Origin: an uncultured Bacilli bacterium
Lineage (GTDB): Bacteria > Bacillota_I > Bacilli_A > RF39 > UBA660
NCBI GenBank assembly: GCA_934162285.1
Contig: CAKPHY010000004.1
Coordinates: forward strand, 542-64,541
Length of the DNA stretch: 64,000 nt
Direction of reading: 5' to 3'
In this document: positions 28,112-34,901 of the stretch, piece by piece
Numbering within the stretch: the stretch's first letter is position 1
Layout of the letters: each line of letters begins with the position of its first letter
Notes under the pieces: generated by a model
The model's database searches: none
Seen by the model: the letters and a program-made list of their open reading frames with translations, nothing else
Told to the model about the DNA's origin: nothing
Translations under genes and position numbers: made by a program

Positions 28112-29572
28112 ATGAACGATTCTAATAATGTGTTAGGTAACAATAACGTTACACCAACACCACAACCTGATAATGCAAACAAATTTATACCAACATCAGA
28201 AAATAATATTAATAACAATGTAAATATATCAACAGTAGATGCCAATGCTGTGTTTGGAATCAATACAACACCTGAACAACCACAAAACGAAATATCACAA
28301 ACAAATCAAAATAATACACCTGCACAACCACAATCTAGCTTTAATTTACAAGTAAATAATACAATTCCTAGTAATAACATAAACCCAACTCCTGTTAGTC
28401 CAACTACTACTGTTAATCCTACACCACAACCTATTCAAAATGCTAATAATACACCATCACAACAAGACTTTTCTTCAAGTAATACAATAAATGATGATGA
28501 ATTATTAAGGGCATTTATTGGAAATAATTATGAAAAAATTACAACAAGACAATTTAACTTTGCAGGATTTTTCTTTAATTCATTATATATGTGTTATAGA
28601 AAGATGTTTGGATATGGTATATTAACATTTTTAATATATTTTGTATTATATAATATTGTTAATGCTTTTGCACCTTCGTTGTCATTGGTATTACCAATAG
28701 GAATATGTGTAGCAGTAGGACTTATGGTTAATAAAATATACTTGTCCTATGCTAAAAAGAAAGTAGCAATAATAAGAGCAAGTTATCCACAAAAAAGCAA
28801 CGAAGAATTAAAATCAATATGTGCTGATAAGGGTGGAACAAGTGTTGGAAAAATATTCTTGGGTCTACTAGCACAATTTGGTATAGCACTTGTTGCATTG
28901 TTTATAATGGCTTTAATTGGTATTGGAAGTTTCAGTGGTGATTTCTTTAATCCAAATAATTGGAATATAACAGATGATGGTAGTGGCCCAAACAAAAATA
29001 ATACAAATAATAATGGTTCTTCTACTAATGGAACATTACTAGAAAATGTTAGTGTTAATGGATATGGATGTATGAATTCAAAATGTAATGTTATTATTGA
29101 AAGTCCAGATGGTAATTCAGAAGATTATGTACTAGGAATTAGCAATAGCGATTTCTTTAATAAATTAGGAGATTATAAAGATTATATAAAATTAGATATC
29201 TATTATAATAAAAAGGGAAGTAGTAAAACTATTGTTAGATATAAAATATATCTAAAATCTAATAACGAGGATATAAGTAGTGTTTCAACTGAAAGTGAAT
29301 TAAGAGATAAAATAGGATTATATTCATTAGGTACACATACCGAAACAATGACATTAAAAGAAATAGGAACAACAGGTTTTGGCTTTTCTGATGATCAGTC
29401 ATATACATATACTGAATACACTTTTGTTAATAGTAAAAATATTGAATATGAAATGAAATATAAAAATGATAATGGCCCATCAAATCTTACTGAAGGTAAA
29501 CAATATAGTGTTACTTTTGAAGTAACTGAAGGAACATTTGATTATGAATATTATATTCAATCTATAAAATAA
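28112..29572 (+). CDS. membrane protein: N/P/Q/T-rich low-complexity N-terminus, DUF2628-like TM core, unassigned C-terminal domain
   Basis: RBS GAGAGG precedes the ATG at 28112. FNFAGFFFNSLYMCYRKMFGYGILTFL resembles the DUF2628 core. Two further hydrophobic segments. Confidence 0.5.
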   Translation: MNDSNNVLGNNNVTPTPQPDNANKFIPTSENNINNNVNISTVDANAVFGINTTPEQPQNEISQTNQNNTPAQPQSSFNLQVNNTIPSNNINPTPVSPTTTVNPTPQPIQNANNTPSQQDFSSSNTINDDELLRAFIGNNYEKITTRQFNFAGFFFNSLYMCYRKMFGYGILTFLIYFVLYNIVNAFAPSLSLVLPIGICVAVGLMVNKIYLSYAKKKVAIIRASYPQKSNEELKSICADKGGTSVGKIFLGLLAQFGIALVALFIMALIGIGSFSGDFFNPNNWNITDDGSGPNKNNTNNNGSSTNGTLLENVSVNGYGCMNSKCNVIIESPDGNSEDYVLGISNSDFFNKLGDYKDYIKLDIYYNKKGSSKTIVRYKIYLKSNNEDISSVSTESELRDKIGLYSLGTHTETMTLKEIGTTGFGFSDDQSYTYTEYTFVNSKNIEYEMKYKNDNGPSNLTEGKQYSVTFEVTEGTFDYEYYIQSIK

Positions 29573-29582
29573 TAAAAGAAAG

Positions 29583-29611
29583 CTATATGAAAAAAATCAT
29601 ATAGTTTTTTT
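29583..29611 (+). terminator. intrinsic terminator closing the 24.1-29.6 kb gene string
   Basis: CTATATGA-aaaaaa-TCATATAG followed by T7. Confidence 0.75.
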
Positions 29612-29676
29612 ATATAAAAAAATGACTAGCAATTTAACTAATGATACTACTTCATCTTTTGTTGAAACTTCATTAA

Positions 29677-30611
29677 TTAATAATGAATTATTTGGAGCAA
29701 ATTATAGCCGTCTGATAAAATCCAGAACACGAATTTATAAATTTTATTAATAATAGACTTATCATTAAACTCTTCTAGAACAGCTTCTAGAGGAGTTTTA
29801 TAATTTAAACATTTTCTAGGATAATTATTAATCCAATTAGCGATGTTATTGATATTTTCGCAGAAATAGTTTCTATTAAAGTTTTTTAGGAATAAAATAT
29901 CTAATCATACTATTTTGTTTTTCTTTCTGTAATGGTTAGAAGACATTCATGCTTACGACGGCTAGTACCAATTATAGTATCAATTTCAAGGTGACCAAAA
30001 GTAGAACGATTATTAATTTCTTCAGGCCTATTTTCGATACTATAAGGTATTTTACTAATAGGAAGAGAATTTTTATCTTTATATTCATATTCTGGTTTAT
30101 ATTTCATGCTTCTTGTATCCCCAAGTTTAACATTTATAATACCATATCTAATAGCGTTATAAATGGTAGGAACAATAATTTCACAGAAACCATTTTTTTT
30201 AAAATAATTATGAACTTGCATATAACCAACAATTACATCAGGAGCCCATTTATCTATTTTAATTTTATCTTCAATATATTTAGCCATATTAGTATATTTA
30301 CGTAGCTTATATTCACCTTTAGATAAACCACGTTTAAATAAATAATTATTATGTGCATCGGTAGCATTATAAGGATTTTCGATAGTTCTACCAGCTCTAA
30401 CCATAAATCGATAAGATTTTTTGTTTTTAAGTTCTCTAGAAATAGTAGAACGATGAACGCCAAGATAGTTAGCTATATAAGTATTATTAAATAATCTTTT
30501 ACCATTTTTATCTTTTTGCTCAATTAAAGTTTGAATAGTAGCTCTATCTTTTTCTGTTAAATGATGTTATTGATTTTCTTTCTTTTTTAGTGTATTATTT
30601 GTGTCAAACAT
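29677..30611 (-). mobile_element. degraded IS30-family transposase gene (premature stop plus internal deletion of the DDE core)
   Basis: Manual translation from ATG 30611: MFDTNNTLKKKENQ*HHLTEKDRATIQTLIEQKD..YIANYLGVHRSTISRELKN.. (HTH) ..FGHLEIDTIIG..ECLLTITERKTK*. In another frame the typical C-terminus follows: NIANWINNYPRKCLNYKTPLEAVLEEF. The catalytic middle is missing. Confidence 0.75.
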
Positions 30612-30720
30612 ATGAAATTTCCTTTCTGTTTGTTGAGAATAGATATTATAGGTTATTCATATGCCTTTTTCAATGCTTATTTGTTGCAATTCAAATTTAA
30701 AATAACATAGGTAAATAATA

Positions 30721-30749
30721 TTGACAAAAAAAATTTAAAAGTGTATTCT
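30721..30749 (+). promoter_or_regulatory. putative promoter of the rel leader
   Basis: TTGACA-17 nt-TATTCT with TG at -15/-14 (gtgTATTCT). Confidence 0.45.
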
Positions 30750-30776
30750 CATTATTAACATTTAGAAGGTGATCTT

Positions 30777-30869
30777 ATGGATAATAATAAGAATGTAATA
30801 AAAAAACACGTAATGTTTTTATCCTACTACGTGTTTTTGTGCTTTCAGGAGGTTTTTAAATGGATGTAG
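30777..30869 (+). CDS. putative 30-aa leader peptide overlapping the rel start
   Basis: Strong SD AAGGTGAT 3 nt before the ATG. Product MDNNKNVIKKHVMFLSYYVFLCFQEVFKWM*. The ORF runs through the hairpin at 30802-30838 and ends 10 nt inside rel in another frame. Confidence 0.3.
   Translation: MDNNKNVIKKHVMFLSYYVFLCFQEVFKWM
30802..30838 (+). terminator. terminator-like hairpin between the promoter and rel (possible attenuator)
   Basis: AAAAACACGTA-15 nt loop-TACGTGTTTTT (11-bp stem including A/T tracts). No upstream gene ends here. Confidence 0.5.
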
Positions 30870-32287
30870 AAAAATTATTAGAACTTATAGAAGATTATAA
30901 TCCTGGTGAAGTTGAAAAAATCAAAAGAGCCTATTTATATGCTGCCTATTTGCATGATGGGCAATATCGTGAAAGTGGTGAAGCTTATATAATTCATCCC
31001 TTAAATGTCGCTTATATCTTAGCGGAAATGCATGCTGATAGTGATACCGTATGTGCTGGTCTTTTACATGATGTTTTAGAAGATACTAAAGCTAGTAAAG
31101 AAGATATTCAAAAAGAATTTAATAATGATATTGCCAGTTTAGTTGATGGGGTTACCAAACTAGCTAAAATGAATTTTTCAACTAAAGAAGAAATGATCTA
31201 TGCTAACACTAGAAAAATAATTACAAGTATAACTGAAGATGTTCGTATAATAATAATTAAACTTGCTGATCGCTTACATAATATGCGAACTCTTGAATAT
31301 AAAACAACATTCAAACAAAAAGAAAATTCTTTAGAAACTATGGAAATATTTGTACCCATAGCTTATTCTATTGGCGCCTATCGCATAAAATCTGAATTAG
31401 AAGATCTTGCATTTCGCTATCTAAAACCTGATAAATATCAAGAAATATCTGATCAAAAAGAAAAAATAGAAATAGATAGTCAAAAGTGTTTAAATGATAT
31501 GCTTTTTGAAATATATAAAATTTTAAGTACTAATAATATACCTAGTGAAATAAAAGTTCGCACGAAAAACATTTATGGTATATATAAACGTGAACAAGAA
31601 GGAAATAAAATAACTACTATTCATGATTTATTAGCTCTTAAAATAATGGTTGACACTATTACCAATTGTTATATCTCACTAGGACTCGTTCACTCTAAAT
31701 ACCATCCTATAAATGACAAATTTAAAGATTTCATCTGTAATCCCAAAACTAATATGTATCAAAGTTTACATACAACAGTATTTGGACCCGATGATCATTT
31801 AGTTCAAACGCAAATAAGAACTTTTGCTATGGATAAAGTAGCTTCCTTTGGTTTAACAACTTATTGGGATTTACAAAAAGGAGAAGCTCGTAATGAAATG
31901 CAAAAAGATTTAAGAACTAAGTTTCAATTCTATCGCTCTTTATCAGAGATAAATGATACTTTTAGAGATAATGAATCTTTTGTACTTCAAGTAAAAAACG
32001 AATTATTTTCGGATCAAATCTTTGTTTACACTACTAGAGGGGAAGCAATCGCCTTACCAAAAGGATCAACTCCAATTGATTTTGCATATGCTTATGATGA
32101 AAATGTTGGTAATAAAATGAGTCGTGTTTACGTAAATGATAAAAAAGTAAAGTTTAACCATCAATTGCAAAATAAAGATCGAGTAAGAATAATTATGAAT
32201 TCCAATTCTTTCCCTAAAAAAGAATGGTTAGAAGAAGCCAAAACAACATTAGCTAAAATGAAAATAAAAGAATATTTACATCTTTAA
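30860..32287 (+). CDS. rel: RelA/SpoT-homologue (p)ppGpp synthetase/hydrolase, short form ending after the TGS domain
   Basis: HD hydrolase motifs (HPLNVAYILAE..., LLHDVLEDT), RelA_SpoT core (..YQSLHTTV..VQTQIRT..), TGS (GEAIALPKGSTPIDFAY). 475 aa only. Confidence 0.8.
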   Translation: MDVEKLLELIEDYNPGEVEKIKRAYLYAAYLHDGQYRESGEAYIIHPLNVAYILAEMHADSDTVCAGLLHDVLEDTKASKEDIQKEFNNDIASLVDGVTKLAKMNFSTKEEMIYANTRKIITSITEDVRIIIIKLADRLHNMRTLEYKTTFKQKENSLETMEIFVPIAYSIGAYRIKSELEDLAFRYLKPDKYQEISDQKEKIEIDSQKCLNDMLFEIYKILSTNNIPSEIKVRTKNIYGIYKREQEGNKITTIHDLLALKIMVDTITNCYISLGLVHSKYHPINDKFKDFICNPKTNMYQSLHTTVFGPDDHLVQTQIRTFAMDKVASFGLTTYWDLQKGEARNEMQKDLRTKFQFYRSLSEINDTFRDNESFVLQVKNELFSDQIFVYTTRGEAIALPKGSTPIDFAYAYDENVGNKMSRVYVNDKKVKFNHQLQNKDRVRIIMNSNSFPKKEWLEEAKTTLAKMKIKEYLHL

Positions 32288-32362
32288 TGTCAACAAGAAG
32301 GTCAATTTGACCTCTTTTTTAATAAAAAAAAATAACTATGCTATACTAATAATGGTGATAAT

Positions 32363-33589
32363 ATGAAAAAAAGAAAACTAAAAAAAAGTGCTAAAATTAT
32401 GCTTATTTTACTTATAATAATCATCATTTTAATTATTTTAATTTTAACTAAAAAGAAAGTATATATTCCTGAATTTAAAAATATAAATGAAGCCATTAGC
32501 TTTTGTAACGTAAATAAATGTAAAATAAAAACTAATTATGTTAATGATTTAAATATTGATAAAGATTATATAATTTCTCAAGAACCAAAAGAAAATACTA
32601 AATTAACCAAAAATACCGAAATAACTCTTACTGTATCTAAAGGAATCGATTATGACATATATGCTAATTATCAAGTAAACGAGTTAGGAAATGTTCCCAT
32701 AATGATGTATCATGGCATTCATAATAAAACCAATGATGAAACTGAGTATACAGGTGGTAATGTTGATAAAGATGGCTATCAAAGAACTGCTGAAGCCTTC
32801 AGAAAAGATTTAGAATTTTATTATCAAGAAGGCTATCGTATGATTCATCTAAATGACTATGTTGATGGCAAGATCGATGTTGAATTAGGTAAAAGTCCAA
32901 TAATTTTAACATTTGATGATGGTTTAGCTAATAATATAAAAGTTACAGGTTTAGATGAATCAGGTAATATTATTATCGATCCCAATAGTGCCGTTGGCAT
33001 TTTAGAAGAATTTAAGAAAAAATATCCTGATTATCATGTAACTGCAACATTCTTTATTAATGCTGGTCTTTTCTCGCAAGAAAAATACAATGATAAAATA
33101 ATTGAATGGCTTTTAGAAAATAACTATGATATTGGTAATCATACTTATTCTCATGCTAATTTAAGTAACACTACTAAAGAAGGTACTATAAAAGAAATAG
33201 GCTCGATGTATAAAATTTTAGAAGAAAAAACCCAAGGAAAATATGTAAAAATCGTTGCTTTACCATTTGGAACTCCTTATGTAAAAACTCATGCTAATTT
33301 TGATAGTATTATAAGTGGCATTTATGAAGATACAACTTATAATACTAAAGCAACCATGCGTGTAGGATGGGAAAGTGAAGTATCACCATTTAGTCAAAAA
33401 TTTGATAGTCACTTTTTAAAACGCATACGTGCTTATGATAATAATGGTTTAGATTTTGATATTGAATATAATTTTAAAGTCTTAAAAAATAATCGTTACA
33501 TTTCTGATGGTAATGTAAATACTATAGTAGTACCCAAAGAAAAAGTTGAAAATATTAAAGAAACGAATTTAAAAATCATTTCATACTAA
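32363..33589 (+). CDS. membrane-anchored polysaccharide deacetylase (NodB homology) with PASTA-like domain
   Basis: TM helix. PASTA-like YIISQEPKENTKLTKNTEITLTVSKG. NodB motifs ILTFDDG and GNHTYSH. Confidence 0.75.
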   Translation: MKKRKLKKSAKIMLILLIIIIILIILILTKKKVYIPEFKNINEAISFCNVNKCKIKTNYVNDLNIDKDYIISQEPKENTKLTKNTEITLTVSKGIDYDIYANYQVNELGNVPIMMYHGIHNKTNDETEYTGGNVDKDGYQRTAEAFRKDLEFYYQEGYRMIHLNDYVDGKIDVELGKSPIILTFDDGLANNIKVTGLDESGNIIIDPNSAVGILEEFKKKYPDYHVTATFFINAGLFSQEKYNDKIIEWLLENNYDIGNHTYSHANLSNTTKEGTIKEIGSMYKILEEKTQGKYVKIVALPFGTPYVKTHANFDSIISGIYEDTTYNTKATMRVGWESEVSPFSQKFDSHFLKRIRAYDNNGLDFDIEYNFKVLKNNRYISDGNVNTIVVPKEKVENIKETNLKIISY

Positions 33590-33635
33590 CTTGTTATTTT
33601 GCTAAAAAAATTATATACTTATAATAGGTGATAAC

Positions 33636-34640
33636 ATGAAATTAAATAATAAAGGCTTTGCTATAACAAGTATTCTTTACGCCGTTTTAATCTTGTTTTT
33701 ATCCCTAATTTTAGCTATGATGATGCTTTTAGCTAATCGAAAAATGGTATTAGATAAATATAAAGCTAATGTAAGAGAAGAACTAAATTCATCTAAAGAA
33801 ACATATGGTGCACATGTTCAAATCTCTAGTGATACAGTAAAGTTACGTATATATGAAGATGAATTCATGAATTTTGATATGAAATCTAAAGTATCTGGCT
33901 GCTTAAATGTTGCTAAAAAAGTGGAAAATCCAGAAGCAAGTTTATGTAGTGAAAATGAAAAAGATGTATCTGAATTAGTAAACTATAATATCTATGACGA
34001 ATTAGGTAATGAAGTTTTAAATTTTTCTTCTGAAGTATTAATAAGTGAAGATGGCTTTAAAACCGAAATAATAAAATATACTACCTATGAAAAAGATAGT
34101 AATAATAATTATGTAGTAGCAGAAGATGGAAAAAGTTTAAAAATAATTACTCATGATTTAACAGCAAATAAAAACAATATCTTTTTTGTAAACTACTATG
34201 TAGTTGATAATGCTAATATCCTTTCTAAAGCTAGTATTAGAAATATTATTATAGTAAAATATAACAATTATATTAATGTTTTAAATAATTATTTAAAAAT
34301 ATCAAGATCTGAAATTTTAACATATGATTTTTTATCTAAAGCTAAAGCATATAAATTAGAAACAACAACTGAAAACAATACCTTAAAACGTAAATTAGTT
34401 GCTGATCAACAAAGCTTAAATTATAAAATATACAATGCTGATGATTATGAAATAAAAGAATTCAAAATAGTTGATAACCAATTAGTATATAGCTACTGTA
34501 AAAAAAATATATGTGAAAGTAATGACACCTATTTTGAAGAGAAAATAACATCCGATGAAAAGTTTCGTGTAAGATACTTTACAGGTACTATAAATAATCC
34601 AACTTCTGAAATAAATTATGCTTACTTTAATGTTGAATAA
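33636..34640 (+). CDS. prepilin-like N-terminus protein (KG|FAITS..., no Glu5), function unknown
   Basis: MKLNNKGFAITSILYAVLILFLSLILAMMMLLANRK resembles a class III (type IV pilin) signal, but Ser replaces the usual Glu at +5. Confidence 0.4.
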   Translation: MKLNNKGFAITSILYAVLILFLSLILAMMMLLANRKMVLDKYKANVREELNSSKETYGAHVQISSDTVKLRIYEDEFMNFDMKSKVSGCLNVAKKVENPEASLCSENEKDVSELVNYNIYDELGNEVLNFSSEVLISEDGFKTEIIKYTTYEKDSNNNYVVAEDGKSLKIITHDLTANKNNIFFVNYYVVDNANILSKASIRNIIIVKYNNYINVLNNYLKISRSEILTYDFLSKAKAYKLETTTENNTLKRKLVADQQSLNYKIYNADDYEIKEFKIVDNQLVYSYCKKNICESNDTYFEEKITSDEKFRVRYFTGTINNPTSEINYAYFNVE

Positions 34641-34670
34641 AAAGCAAAAAAATGAATTTTTGCTTTTTTT
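34641..34670 (+). terminator. intrinsic terminator
   Basis: AAAGCAAAAA-aatgaa-TTTTTGCTTT followed by T run. Confidence 0.7.
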
Positions 34671-34901
34671 ATTTTTTGAAAAAATTCAAAAAAATAGAAA
34701 AATTTAAAAATAGAAAAATTAAAAAAGTATTGAAAAATAAGGAAAAAACACAAAAATAGGTTTACAAAAAATATTTCTTTTTTATAAAAAGGCTAAAAGT
34801 CATTTTTTTAAAAAATCATTTTTTTCTCAAAAAATTCTATTGCAATTAACTAAATATAATGCTATTATGAAGGTGTCATAAATAAGCATGGAGGTAGAAT
34901 T

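Noticed and set aside
34680-34900. A-rich near-repeats (AAAAATAGAAAAATT twice at about 34694-34726) and a possible NrdR box upstream of nrdD (ACACAAAAATAGGTTT at about 34749).
   Set aside because: The repeats are low-complexity A-tracts. The best NrdR-box candidate matches only about half of the remembered palindromic consensus (acaCwAtATaTwgtgt). The only element I would retain is a plausible promoter, TTGCAA-17-TATTAT, at about 34840-34868.
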